Shown piece after piece: positions 21,098 to 30,772 of a DNA stretch of 38,145 nt. Source of the DNA: Planctomycetes bacterium UBA1146 (GTDB lineage: Bacteria > Planctomycetota > UBA8108 > UBA1146); assembly GCA_963694575.1 (NCBI GenBank), contig CAVOEM010000003.1, forward strand, positions 1 through 38,145, given 5' to 3'. Made by a program: the position numbers and the translations under genes. The first letter of the stretch is position 1. The number at the start of each line of letters is the position of its first letter. The notes under the pieces were generated by a model that saw only the letters and a program-made list of their open reading frames with translations, did no database searches and was not told the DNA's origin.

Positions 21098-21146
21098 TTC
21101 CCATCCAGCCATCGTGCCGGGCCCGACCAAGGGCAGAGAGGACCCC

Positions 21147-22523
21147 ATGAACGACACTGATTCCGCCGATGTAAACACCGCCGATCCCGACCAGGAAACT
21201 CCATCCGCAACCGCCGATGCGACTGCCGCCGATTCCGTGGCGAGCCAGGTGGACTGCTCCGAGGAGGGTCCGTGCCGCAAGCGCCTCCATATCGAAGTCT
21301 CGCTGGAAACGGTCGCCAAGGAGCTGGAGAAGAACTTCCGCCAGTTGCGAGAAACGGTCCAGATGCCCGGTTTCCGCAAGGGCAAGGCGCCCTTACCACT
21401 GCTCAAGAAACGCTTCGGAGAGCAAGTGCAAGATGATGTACGTGAGGATTTGATCGGCCGCGCCGTGGAGGAGCAATTCGAATCCGCAGAGTGGAAACCG
21501 CTCGGTGCTCCAGAATTTGAGAAGGTCGAGTTTTCCACGGATGACAAGTTCACCTTCGAGGCGGTCTTCGATATCCAGCCGACCTTCGAATTGCCCGACT
21601 ACAAAGGGATCGAGATCACTGACGAATCGGTGGCTGTCGAGGAATCCGAGGTCGAGCGAGAGGTTGAAATGATCTGCGAGCAGTCCTCTTCTCTCGAGCC
21701 TCTCGCCCTGGGTGAGCATGGCGAGGGAGATTTCGCCGTCGTGGATCTTGCTCTGTTCATCGAGGGGGAGTCCATCTTTGAGCGCGAGGAAGTCCTGGTC
21801 AAGATTGGCGAGGACAAGATCGATTCGATGGAGGTTCCCGAACTGGGCCAAGCGCTGATCAAAGCGGGCCAGGATGAACTCATCGAAAAAACGGTCCAGG
21901 TCCCGGAAGACTTCCCGGCAGCAGACCATCGAGAAAAAGATGCGACCCTTCGATTGGTTCTCAAGGACGCCAAGAAAAAGATCACTCCGGAACTCGATGC
22001 CGCTTTCCTGGAAAAACTGGGAGTGGAATCGGCGGATGATCTTCGAGGAAAAGTGCGTGAAAACCTCGAGAATCGTCGCAAGGCACAGGAAGAGGCGCGC
22101 CAGGAAGATTTGATCGCCGAGCAGGTCGGGAACTCCGTTGAGATGGAACTTCCCGAGTCGATGGTTTCCCAGCGGATGGAATCCAAGGTGCAACGCCGCG
22201 CGATGGAACTGGCCCAGGACGGGAAATCAGAAGAGGACGCCCGCAGTGAGGCGGAGAAAGACGAAGGAATCGCGAATGAAGTTCGACAAGAGCTGACGCG
22301 TATCTTTGTACTGGATCGCCTGGCGGACGAAGAAAAAGTGTTTGTGACCGAAGACGAGGTGGTTCATCGCCTACAGGCGATCGCAACCACCTATCAACAA
22401 CCACTCGAACAGGTGGTCGAACAGTATCGCCAGGGCGGTATGTTGCCAGAACTTCGAAATGGTATGAGACGTGAAAAGGTCAAACAGGTGTTGCGCAAGA
22501 AGGCGAAGATTTCCGGCTCCTGA
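21147..22523 (+). CDS. tig: Trigger factor
   Basis: Ribosome-binding signature MPGFRKGKAP, degenerate FKBP-like centre, upstream of clpP-clpX. ATG 21147 after GAGAGGA. Confidence 0.95.
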   Translation: MNDTDSADVNTADPDQETPSATADATAADSVASQVDCSEEGPCRKRLHIEVSLETVAKELEKNFRQLRETVQMPGFRKGKAPLPLLKKRFGEQVQDDVREDLIGRAVEEQFESAEWKPLGAPEFEKVEFSTDDKFTFEAVFDIQPTFELPDYKGIEITDESVAVEESEVEREVEMICEQSSSLEPLALGEHGEGDFAVVDLALFIEGESIFEREEVLVKIGEDKIDSMEVPELGQALIKAGQDELIEKTVQVPEDFPAADHREKDATLRLVLKDAKKKITPELDAAFLEKLGVESADDLRGKVRENLENRRKAQEEARQEDLIAEQVGNSVEMELPESMVSQRMESKVQRRAMELAQDGKSEEDARSEAEKDEGIANEVRQELTRIFVLDRLADEEKVFVTEDEVVHRLQAIATTYQQPLEQVVEQYRQGGMLPELRNGMRREKVKQVLRKKAKISGS

Positions 22524-22588
22524 AAATGCCGGCCCTTCGATGAAAATAGATTACAGAACTCAGAAAGAAGAAATTCAGGGGGAAACCG

Positions 22589-23230
22589 ATGAATGACGAG
22601 CTCATGCGAAAGATCGACGATATCCAGAATAACCTCGTGCCTTTCGTCATCGAGAGGACCGGGCGAGGCGAGCGTTCGTACGATATCTTCTCGCGATTGC
22701 TGAAGGATCGGATCGTGTTCATCGGTGATGGGATTCACGATCACACGGCGAACCTGGTGATCGCCCAGATCTTGTTCCTGGTTTCCGACAATCGTAATCA
22801 GGATATCAACATCTATATCAACAGCCCTGGTGGATCGGTCACGGCAGGCCTGGCGATTTACGACACCATGCAGTTTGTTCAGTGCGATATCGCCACCTTC
22901 TGCATCGGACAGGCATCTTCGATGGGCGCAGTGTTGTTGGCAGCGGGAACTCATGGCAAGCGTCACGCTCTGCCACATTCGCGCATCATGATCCACCAGC
23001 CCTGGGGTGGCGCTCAGGGAACTGCCATGGACATCGAGATCCAGGCCAAGGAGATCAAGCGCAACAAGGAGGTTCTCTGCGAGATCCTCGGACACCACGC
23101 CAGTAAAGGCCCGGGTCAAATCGAAGACGATTCTCACTGGGACTTTTTCATGTCGGCCCAGGAGGCCAAGGATTACGGCCTGGTGGATCAAGTCATCGAG
23201 ACCTTGAAGCCGGTCGGCGAGAGTTCCTGA
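22589..23230 (+). CDS. clpP: ATP-dependent Clp protease proteolytic subunit
   Basis: [22 protein letters not shown], catalytic Ser (QASSMG), His (MIHQP), Asp (WDFFMS). Confidence 0.97.
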   Translation: MNDELMRKIDDIQNNLVPFVIERTGRGERSYDIFSRLLKDRIVFIGDGIHDHTANLVIAQILFLVSDNRNQDINIYINSPGGSVTAGLAIYDTMQFVQCDIATFCIGQASSMGAVLLAAGTHGKRHALPHSRIMIHQPWGGAQGTAMDIEIQAKEIKRNKEVLCEILGHHASKGPGQIEDDSHWDFFMSAQEAKDYGLVDQVIETLKPVGESS

Positions 23231-23245
23231 AGCGGGTTATCAGAG

Positions 23246-24727
23246 ATGTCAGATTCAAATCAGAGTTCAGGGTCCAATAGCGGCCCTCCGGCAGGCTCCG
23301 ACCGCTGCAGTTTCTGCGGCAAGGTGTCGAATGAGGTGGCACGGCTGATCGCCGGGCCTCCCGGGGTTTGCATCTGTAACGAGTGTGTGGATCTTTGCTA
23401 CACCATCATCTCTGAGAGTTCATCGACGCCCGGTTCAGGGGAAGAGCCGCGTACTCTTGCCGATGTCCCGAGCCCCAGGGAACTCTACCAAGAGTTGCAG
23501 GACTGGGTGATCGGGCAAGAAGACGCCAAGCGCACACTGGCGGTGGCGGTCCATCTTCATTTCAGAAGACTGGTTCATCTCGATTCAAAAATTGAGGCCA
23601 AGCGCAATGGTGGCAAAGATGTCAGCAGTGATGGATCCAAATCGGATGATGATGTGCAGATCGAGAAGTCGAACATCCTGCTGCTTGGCCCGACCGGAAG
23701 CGGTAAGACCTTGATGGCCCGGACCCTCGCCCGCGTGCTCGATGTGCCCTTCGCCATCGGCGATGCGACCACTTTGACCGAGGCGGGATATGTCGGGGAG
23801 GATGTCGAAAACCTTCTTCTCAAGCTGGTGATGGCTGCCGATTACGACATCGAGAAGGCCCAGCGCGGAATCATCTTCGTCGATGAAGTCGACAAGATTG
23901 GTAAGGCGACCCAGAACGTCTCGATCACCCGCGATGTGTCGGGTGAGGGTGTTCAACAAGCACTGCTCAAGATCCTCGAGGGAACGGTAGCCAATATTCC
24001 GCCGCAGGGTGGCCGGAAGCACCCGGAGCAGCAGTACATTCAACTCGATACCACGAACATCTTGTTCATCTGTGGCGGCGCTTTTGATGGCATGCCAGAG
24101 ATCATCGCCGAACGTCTCAACGCCAAGAAGGTTGGGTTCCGTAGTGAAGAGGGAGCCAAGACGAGTGATCCCGACGCTATCGATCTTGAGGATCTACACG
24201 AGCGGGCTCGATTATTTCAGCATGTCGAGGTGCAAGACCTGCTTCGTTTCGGAATGATTCCTGAGTTTGTTGGTCGGTTGCCGGTGGTGACCGCCCTTCA
24301 GCCGCTCGATGACGACGATCTGGTGCGGGTGCTGACCGAACCTCGCAACTCTCTGGTGCGGCAGTACCAGGAGTTCTTCCGGATGGAACAAGGCGATCTG
24401 GAATTCACCCCGGATGCACTTCGAGCAGTGGCTTCATTGGCGCGCAAGCGCGGTACCGGCGCACGTGGTTTGCGCTCGGTGATCGAGGACCTGATGCGAG
24501 ATATCATCTTCGAGGCGGGTGGGACCCTTCTCAAGGACCTGAAGGTGGTGGTGGAGGAGGAGCGGGTGCTGGGGTTAACCAACGACCTGCTGCCAACCAC
24601 GGTCAAAAAGGCTTCAGATCAGGAAGATGCGGAATGCACTTCCGAATTGCTGCCACAGGTCGACTCCGATGACGAGGCTCCCGACGATTCAGGCGAGACC
24701 GCAGCCCATCGGGTTGCTGGCCACTGA
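23246..24727 (+). CDS. clpX: ATP-dependent Clp protease ATPase subunit ClpX
   Basis: C4 zinc finger CSFC...[17 protein letters not shown] pore loop, DEVDK, RKH loop, VGF ClpP-docking loop, TGARGLRS. Confidence 0.98.
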   Translation: MSDSNQSSGSNSGPPAGSDRCSFCGKVSNEVARLIAGPPGVCICNECVDLCYTIISESSSTPGSGEEPRTLADVPSPRELYQELQDWVIGQEDAKRTLAVAVHLHFRRLVHLDSKIEAKRNGGKDVSSDGSKSDDDVQIEKSNILLLGPTGSGKTLMARTLARVLDVPFAIGDATTLTEAGYVGEDVENLLLKLVMAADYDIEKAQRGIIFVDEVDKIGKATQNVSITRDVSGEGVQQALLKILEGTVANIPPQGGRKHPEQQYIQLDTTNILFICGGAFDGMPEIIAERLNAKKVGFRSEEGAKTSDPDAIDLEDLHERARLFQHVEVQDLLRFGMIPEFVGRLPVVTALQPLDDDDLVRVLTEPRNSLVRQYQEFFRMEQGDLEFTPDALRAVASLARKRGTGARGLRSVIEDLMRDIIFEAGGTLLKDLKVVVEEERVLGLTNDLLPTTVKKASDQEDAECTSELLPQVDSDDEAPDDSGETAAHRVAGH

Positions 24728-24774
24728 TCGTTGACATCTGGAGCGTTGATTTCCGCTCATCGGCCGCCAGCCAT

Positions 24775-26373
24775 TCAGGATGAGTCTTGATTCTTGTGGC
24801 TGAGGATTCGCCACGGCTGCACCTTCCACTTCTTGCCCTTCAATGGCGTGATGGGCAATTGCTCCATCTCGAAGAGGTGGGTGCACTCGCGAGCCGTATC
24901 GGGACCGACCACCACTTCTCCCGGGGCGGCCACCTGGGATTCAAGTCGACTGGCGATGTTGACGGTGTCTCCGATGACGGTGTAGTCGCTGCGCTGGATC
25001 GAGCCGATATCTCCAACCACTGCGGGTCCTGAGTTGATCCCGATTCTCATGTTCAGCGGCGGCCATTCCGGATGCATGGCTGCGACCTGTGCGATTCTGG
25101 ATTGCATCGCAAGTCCGGCACGGACCGCGCGGACGGCATGATCGGGTTGTTTCTCGGGGGCCCCAAAGAATGCGATGAGTGCATCCCCGACGTACTTATC
25201 AAGGGTTCCGTCCTCCTTGAAGATTTCAACAGTGAGTTCTTCAAAGAGGGTGTTGAGAAGGTCCACGACCTCTCTCGGCGACAGGTTTTCTGAGATGGTG
25301 GTGAATCCGACCAGGTCCGCAAACAGAACCGAGATCTCCGCTTCCTTCGAACCCAGTTCCGCTTTTCCGGCGAGAACCCGCTCGACCACATTGGGCGACA
25401 AGCGGCAGGAAAGGTCCTTGCGACGTCGTTTCTCTTCTTCCACCGCGTGTCGCAGGCGGAATTGCTCGAGGGCACTGGAGGCCATCAAGGCCAGAGCGCA
25501 GATGACATCGAGGTGATCTTTGCCGAGGGGCTTCTTGGACTGGACGCAGTCGACATAGAGGATTCCCACCACCTCACCTTCGTGCAATAGCGGCGCACAC
25601 ATGGCGGATTGAATCTGCATCTGGATGATGCTATGGGCCGCGGCGAGATCGGTCAGGCTACCAGTATCTCGGATCAGAACCGCGCGGCGTTCATTCAGCA
25701 CTTGCTTGGCGATGGTGCTGGACAATTGCATCGGACCCTCGGAGCTGCAGCCTTCCCTCGACGAGGAAGCACAGGGAATTAGAGAATCCCCCTCGACCAG
25801 GCTGAGAAAACCACGATCTACCGGCAGTGATCGAAGAGCCAGATCGATCGCTCCCTGGGCGACCTCCATCAGATTCGATCGGGTCAGAAGCGTCTCGGCA
25901 GCATTCTTGAACAGGTCGAGAGCGACTCCAAGACCGAGGCTCGTTGAGCCACTGGCATCGGTTGGCGGATGGGATTCCAGCTGCTTCTCGAACTCATCGA
26001 TGATCTGTGAATCGAGTACCCCCTGGCCGGGAAGATCGTGATCGACCTGGATGTTGAACACCGATCCGGTGGTGCCCTCGACCAGCACCGAGATGCTTCC
26101 CATCTGCAGGACCATCCCCTCACGTAGGGGCATGGCGCTGATTCCTATGTTGCCCACCTGGACGCCATTGCGGCTGTCGAGGTCCTCGATCAGCAGGACC
26201 CCATCCTTTTGATAGATGCGGGCATGGTTCCTCGAGATGGTGTCATCCTGGATGTAAACCTCGCAACTGGAGGATCTGCCGATGAGCATCGGAAACGATG
26301 TGAGGGAGACGGCTTGGTCGCCCCCGAGGTCACGAAAGCGCAGAATCAGGGAGGTTGGAGTTGTCAGGGTCAT
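24775..26373 (-). CDS. FHA-GAF-class III adenylate cyclase
   Basis: FHA IGR...ISRNHA...DLDSRNG; GAF SAMCAPL...VVGILYVD; cyclase LFADLVGFT, DKYVGD, DYTVIGDTVNIASRLE. Start set at ATG 26373. Confidence 0.92.
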   Translation of the reverse strand: MTLTTPTSLILRFRDLGGDQAVSLTSFPMLIGRSSSCEVYIQDDTISRNHARIYQKDGVLLIEDLDSRNGVQVGNIGISAMPLREGMVLQMGSISVLVEGTTGSVFNIQVDHDLPGQGVLDSQIIDEFEKQLESHPPTDASGSTSLGLGVALDLFKNAAETLLTRSNLMEVAQGAIDLALRSLPVDRGFLSLVEGDSLIPCASSSREGCSSEGPMQLSSTIAKQVLNERRAVLIRDTGSLTDLAAAHSIIQMQIQSAMCAPLLHEGEVVGILYVDCVQSKKPLGKDHLDVICALALMASSALEQFRLRHAVEEEKRRRKDLSCRLSPNVVERVLAGKAELGSKEAEISVLFADLVGFTTISENLSPREVVDLLNTLFEELTVEIFKEDGTLDKYVGDALIAFFGAPEKQPDHAVRAVRAGLAMQSRIAQVAAMHPEWPPLNMRIGINSGPAVVGDIGSIQRSDYTVIGDTVNIASRLESQVAAPGEVVVGPDTARECTHLFEMEQLPITPLKGKKWKVQPWRILSHKNQDSS

Positions 26374-26477
26374 GGATGGGGGACCTTTCCTGGCCGATGA
26401 TAGGGGTTCAGGGCGATTCAGGCCACCCAGCCCCACTCGTTCAAGGCCCTCAGGATCAGACAGATTTTCGGCTTCCC

Positions 26478-26506
26478 TTGCAGCCAGGCCCGCCGATTCG
26501 TACGAT
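26478..26506 (+). promoter_or_regulatory. Sigma70-type promoter for rpmE
   Basis: TTGCAG (26478-26483), 17 bp, TACGAT (26501-26506). Confidence 0.55.
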
Positions 26507-26654
26507 TTCAGGTCACAGCCGACATGGATCTGCCCGACGGGCCGATTCGGCGGCGGCGAGATCTGACCTGTGGGACCCCGGGCCCTGAGGCTGCATGCGC
26601 AGCCGGCTTCGGGATATCCAGGCGGGCGGACTGTTGAAGACCGGAGAAGATACG

Positions 26655-27272
26655 ATGAAAAAGAAGATTCACCCCGACAACTATCGCGAAGTGGTCTTTC
26701 AGGACTTCAACGCAGACTTTTCCTTCCTCACCCGTTCGGCGGTAAAAACCACCGAAACGATTCAGTGGGAAGACGGCAAGGAATACCCGCTTTTCAAGCT
26801 CGACATCTCGAGCGCTTCGCACCCCTTCTACACCGGCAAGCAGACCTTCGTCGATACCGCTGGACGCGTCGAGAAGTTCAAGCAGCGCTTTGCCTGGGAA
26901 AAGGGTAAGGCTGCCGAGGTGATCGACCAGGCGGAGGAACAGCGTACCGAGAAGCATCGTAAACAACTCGAGCAAGAAGAGGCGACTCGCAAGGAAGCGG
27001 CGGAACGCAAGTCCGCTCGTGAGGACCGTCGTCGCAAGATCCTCGTTGGCAAGAAGAAGAAGGCAGAGGAGCAAGCCGAGGCCAAGGCCGCGGAAGAAGC
27101 GGCCGCCGCTGCTGCCGCTGCTGCCGCAGCACCTGCTGCTGAGGCGCCTGCTGCTGAGGCGCCTGCTGCTGAGGCGCCGGCTGCTGAGGCGCCGGCCGCC
27201 AAGACACCTGCTACTGAGGCGCCTGCCGCCGCTGATGCCGCAGCAGAGAAACCAGCGGATACAGATTCCTAG
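26655..27272 (+). CDS. rpmE2: 50S ribosomal protein L31 type B (Zn-free) with long C-terminal extension
   Basis: [17 protein letters not shown]...[30 protein letters not shown], no Cys; then a charged helix and AEAPA repeats. ATG 26655 after GGAGA. Confidence 0.95.
   Translation: MKKKIHPDNYREVVFQDFNADFSFLTRSAVKTTETIQWEDGKEYPLFKLDISSASHPFYTGKQTFVDTAGRVEKFKQRFAWEKGKAAEVIDQAEEQRTEKHRKQLEQEEATRKEAAERKSAREDRRRKILVGKKKKAEEQAEAKAAEEAAAAAAAAAAAPAAEAPAAEAPAAEAPAAEAPAAKTPATEAPAAADAAAEKPADTDS
27129..27233 (+). repeat. 15-bp coding repeat (GCGCCTGCTGCTGAG; APAAE), about 7 imperfect copies
   Basis: Read directly within the L31 tail. Confidence 0.9.
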
Positions 27273-27284
27273 AGCGTCGATGTT

Positions 27285-27328
27285 GGAGGGCCGGTGAGGG
27301 CAAGATCGCCCTCTCCGGCCCTCCTTTT
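27285..27328 (+). terminator. Intrinsic terminator after rpmE
   Basis: GGAGGGCCGG-T-GAGGGC / GCCCTC-T-CCGGCCCTCC stem followed by TTTT. Confidence 0.75.
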
Positions 27329-27380
27329 CATCGTAAAGGCCAGCACTTTGGGCCGATTCGGCCCGCCAGGGGTAACTACC

Positions 27381-28502
27381 ATGTGTGCAGTTGAAAAAGA
27401 CACCGCCGAGTTTCTCGAAAAGCCAATCGAGGGTCGTCTTTTCGATCGGTTATCTGCGATGGATCTACGCTTTCAGGAACTCGAGCAACTGATCGGCGAT
27501 CCTGATCAGCAGGCGAACGGCTTGAAGTTTCAGGAGATCTTACGAGAGCACGGAAGCCTGTCTCCGCTGATCCAGCTCCATCGGAAATACCTCGCCTGCC
27601 TCGGTGACCTGGAAGAGGCCAATGAAATCATCGCCAGCGGCTCCGATCTGGAGCTGAAAGAACTGGCCGAGATGGAGCTCGACGAGTTGCAACAAGCGAC
27701 CAAGGCGAGCGCCCGGGCGATCCGTATGGCCATCCTCGATCAACAGGTCGAGGGAGGAGATGATTGCGTCCTCGAGATTCGAGCCGGTGCTGGCGGCGAT
27801 GAGGCGGCGCTCTTTGCCACGGATGTCTTCAAGATGTACACACTCTATGCCGAGAAGAAGCGCTGGAAGATCGAGATCCTCAGTGAGAGTGAAACGGCTC
27901 TCGGGGGATACAAGGACATCACCTTTGCCGTCCGAGGAAAGGGTGCTTTCGAGCGACTCTGCTTCGAGTCGGGCGGGCATCGAGTGCAACGAGTTCCATC
28001 CACCGAAGCCCAGGGCCGGATTCACACCTCGGCGATCACGGTGGCGGTGATGCAAGAGGCGCAGGAGGAGGAGATTATCGTCGAGGAGAGTGATCTTCGC
28101 ATCGATACCTTCTGCGCGTCGGGCCCCGGCGGGCAATCGGTCAACAAGACCTCCAGTGCGGTCAGGATCACCCACATCCCGACTGGAGTTGTGGTTTCGA
28201 TGCAGGATGAGAAGTCGCAGCACCGCAATCGTGACAAGGCGATGCGTTTGCTCAAGACTCGGCTGAAGGAGGCGCAGGATCGCCAGAAGCAGCAGGAAGA
28301 GGACGCCCTGCGTCGTTCCTTGATCGGCAGTGGGGATCGTAGTGATCGAATCCGGACCTATAACTTCCCGCAGAACCGCATCAGCGACCATCGCATCAAC
28401 TGCACCCTTTATAATCTCGATCGGTTTCTCACTGGAGAGATCGATGAGCTGCTCGACCAGCTGGAAGCCCATGATCGCGAAGAGCGGGTTCAGGGGCTCT
28501 GA
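27381..28502 (+). CDS. prfA: Peptide chain release factor 1
   Basis: GGDEAALF, HRVQRVPSTE (PxT, RF1-specific), GPGGQSVN, RIRTYNFPQNR. Confidence 0.97.
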   Translation: MCAVEKDTAEFLEKPIEGRLFDRLSAMDLRFQELEQLIGDPDQQANGLKFQEILREHGSLSPLIQLHRKYLACLGDLEEANEIIASGSDLELKELAEMELDELQQATKASARAIRMAILDQQVEGGDDCVLEIRAGAGGDEAALFATDVFKMYTLYAEKKRWKIEILSESETALGGYKDITFAVRGKGAFERLCFESGGHRVQRVPSTEAQGRIHTSAITVAVMQEAQEEEIIVEESDLRIDTFCASGPGGQSVNKTSSAVRITHIPTGVVVSMQDEKSQHRNRDKAMRLLKTRLKEAQDRQKQQEEDALRRSLIGSGDRSDRIRTYNFPQNRISDHRINCTLYNLDRFLTGEIDELLDQLEAHDREERVQGL

Positions 28503-28503
28503 G

Positions 28504-29361
28504 ATGGGGGGCACCGTCTCTTCCCTCGATCTGTTGCGACAGGCCAGACTCCGCTTACCCCACTCCGACGCGCCGCATCTCGACGCACGTTGGATTCTCG
28601 CTCATGTGCTGAATCTCGACCATCGAGACTCGAAGTTGCGTGATGATTGCTCGTTGACGGCGGATCAGGCGCAGCAGTTCATGGATCTGACCGATCGACG
28701 AGCCAGCGGCGAGCCGCTCGCCTACATTCTCGGAGAGTGGGAGTTTTTCGGCTACACGCTGGAGGTCAATTCGGCGGTACTGGTACCACGCCCCGAGACG
28801 GAATTGCTGGTGGAGTGGGCGTTGGAGTTGCTGAAGGGGAGGCGCGATCCTCGCATCGTCGAGGTGGGTGTCGGTTCTGCCGCGCTGATGATTGCGCTGG
28901 CGCATCAACGTCCCGATCTGACCGCCATCGCTGTCGATCTGTCGGTTCCGGCGCTCGAGGTCGCCCAGCGTAACCTGCAGCGTCATCAGCTGCTTGACCG
29001 GATTGAACTGGTGCAGGGGCACCTGTTGGAGCCGATTGTTGGCCGCCACGACCTGATCATCTCGAATCCGCCATACATCGTCGAGGGGGATCCACTACTG
29101 AGCGCCGATGTGGCCAAGTATCAACCCAAAGCGGCCCTCATCGACAATCTTGATGGGGATGGAATCGGATTTCATCGTGCCCTGATCGACCATTTTCCTC
29201 ACTACTCCACTGCGACCGGAGCGCTCCTGATGGAGTGTGGTGAGGGACAGGTGCCCGCCATCCAGCGTTATGCCCGCGAGTGTAGAAGGCGGTCGTCTTC
29301 CCGGAAGGACATGGCCGGGATCCCGCGAGCGGTTCATGTCGAGATGGACCCGGCAGGATGA
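28504..29361 (+). CDS. prmC: Release factor glutamine methyltransferase (HemK/PrmC)
   Basis: RRASGEPLAYILG, VLVPRPETE, EVGVGSA, SNPPY; directly after prfA. Confidence 0.95.
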   Translation: MGGTVSSLDLLRQARLRLPHSDAPHLDARWILAHVLNLDHRDSKLRDDCSLTADQAQQFMDLTDRRASGEPLAYILGEWEFFGYTLEVNSAVLVPRPETELLVEWALELLKGRRDPRIVEVGVGSAALMIALAHQRPDLTAIAVDLSVPALEVAQRNLQRHQLLDRIELVQGHLLEPIVGRHDLIISNPPYIVEGDPLLSADVAKYQPKAALIDNLDGDGIGFHRALIDHFPHYSTATGALLMECGEGQVPAIQRYARECRRRSSSRKDMAGIPRAVHVEMDPAG

Positions 29362-29389
29362 TCGGGAACCACTCTTGTTCGCTGCGGCG

Positions 29390-29417
29390 TTGACACCCTG
29401 ATCCCATGTAGCACAAT
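29390..29417 (+). promoter_or_regulatory. Sigma70-type promoter for murA-ffh
   Basis: TTGACA (29390-29395), 16 bp, CACAAT (29412-29417). Confidence 0.6.
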
Positions 29418-29452
29418 CGGGATCATGCCGTCGCTGCCGGAAAGGCACCATC

Positions 29453-30763
29453 TTGGACAAATTCGTCATTCACGGAGGGCGCAAGCTCAACGGTTCCGTC
29501 AAAATCTCTGGTTCGAAAAATGGCTCCCTTCCGGTGCTCTTCTCGACCCTGCTCTCGGATGGACCGGTGCACCTGAGCAATATTCCGACGGAACTGCGCG
29601 ATATCCGCCTCTCACTGGAGATCCTCCAATCGCTGGGCGCCGAGTACCAGATACATCCGGACGGCTCGGTAATGCTCGAGGTGACCGACTCTGCCTCGAC
29701 CACCGCCGATTACGAGCAGGTCAGCAAGATGCGAGCTTCCATCTGCTGTCTTGGACCGCTTCTGGCTCGTCGTGGGGAGGCGAGAGTTTCGCTACCTGGC
29801 GGCTGTAGTATCGGCGACCGACCGGTCGAGTTGCATACCCGAGGGATGGAAGCACTCGGAGCAGAAGTGAGGATCGAGAGTGGCTACGTGGTGGCCAAGG
29901 CGCCACGTCTCCGGGGCAATACGGTGTACCTGTCGGGACCGATGGGGCCGACGGTACTGGGGACCCAGAATGTCATGATGGCTGCCGCGGGGGCCGAAGG
30001 CGTGACCGTCATCGAAGGCGCTGCTTGCGAACCGGAGGTCCAGGCGACCGCTGGTTTCCTGCGAGCCATCGGCATTGTTGTCGAGGGTGATGGTACCCCG
30101 GTGATACGTATCGAGGGTCACGGCCGTCTCGGAGGAGATTCCTGTCTCGCTGGATGTGATTACGAGATTCCACCCGATCGCATCGAGACCGGCACCTACT
30201 TGCTGGCCGGAGCCATCGCTGGCGGCGAAGTTGTGGTGGAAGGTTGTCGACCATCGGAGAACAGTGCGCTACTCGACTTGCTCGAGCGCATCGGAGTCCC
30301 GGTGGAAGTGGGAGAGTCGACTTTGACGGTTCGTGGAGTGGAATCGGTGACTCCAGTCGACATTGCGATGCTACCCTATCCGGCGTTTCCCACCGATCTT
30401 CAGGGGCCGTTGATGGCACTGATGTGCCTGGGTCGAGGTGTTAGTTTGATCACCGACAAGGTGTTCCCCGATCGATTCAACCACCTGTCGGAGTTGAGGC
30501 GTTTTGGCGCCAGAATCCGCAAGGAAGGCCCATCTGCCATCATCGAAGGAGGGGCTCCCTTGTCGGGAGCGACGGTGATGGCCAGCGACCTGCGCGCGAG
30601 TGCCTGCTTGGTTCTTGCGGGACTGGTCGCCGAGGGGCGTACCGAGGTGACCCGCATCTATCATCTGGAACGGGGCTACGAGCGGATGGAGCAGAAGCTG
30701 GGTCAACTCGGCGCCGACGTGGAAAAGATGGATGAAAAAATAGACGAACGAGAAATGGCCTAG
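29453..30763 (+). CDS. murA: UDP-N-acetylglucosamine 1-carboxyvinyltransferase
   Basis: SGSKN, MRASI, LPGGCSIGDRPVELH (active Cys), PDRIETGT, FPTDLQ, SDLRASA, HLERGYE. Confidence 0.97.
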   Translation: MDKFVIHGGRKLNGSVKISGSKNGSLPVLFSTLLSDGPVHLSNIPTELRDIRLSLEILQSLGAEYQIHPDGSVMLEVTDSASTTADYEQVSKMRASICCLGPLLARRGEARVSLPGGCSIGDRPVELHTRGMEALGAEVRIESGYVVAKAPRLRGNTVYLSGPMGPTVLGTQNVMMAAAGAEGVTVIEGAACEPEVQATAGFLRAIGIVVEGDGTPVIRIEGHGRLGGDSCLAGCDYEIPPDRIETGTYLLAGAIAGGEVVVEGCRPSENSALLDLLERIGVPVEVGESTLTVRGVESVTPVDIAMLPYPAFPTDLQGPLMALMCLGRGVSLITDKVFPDRFNHLSELRRFGARIRKEGPSAIIEGGAPLSGATVMASDLRASACLVLAGLVAEGRTEVTRIYHLERGYERMEQKLGQLGADVEKMDEKIDEREMA

Positions 30764-30772
30764 GACTAAACG

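Noticed and set aside
20886-21146. Long N-terminal extensions in the ORF track (tig, dnaA, prfA, prmC, rpsP, esterase, panE)
   Set aside because: RBS positions, promoter positions and family N-termini support the shorter starts given in the features.
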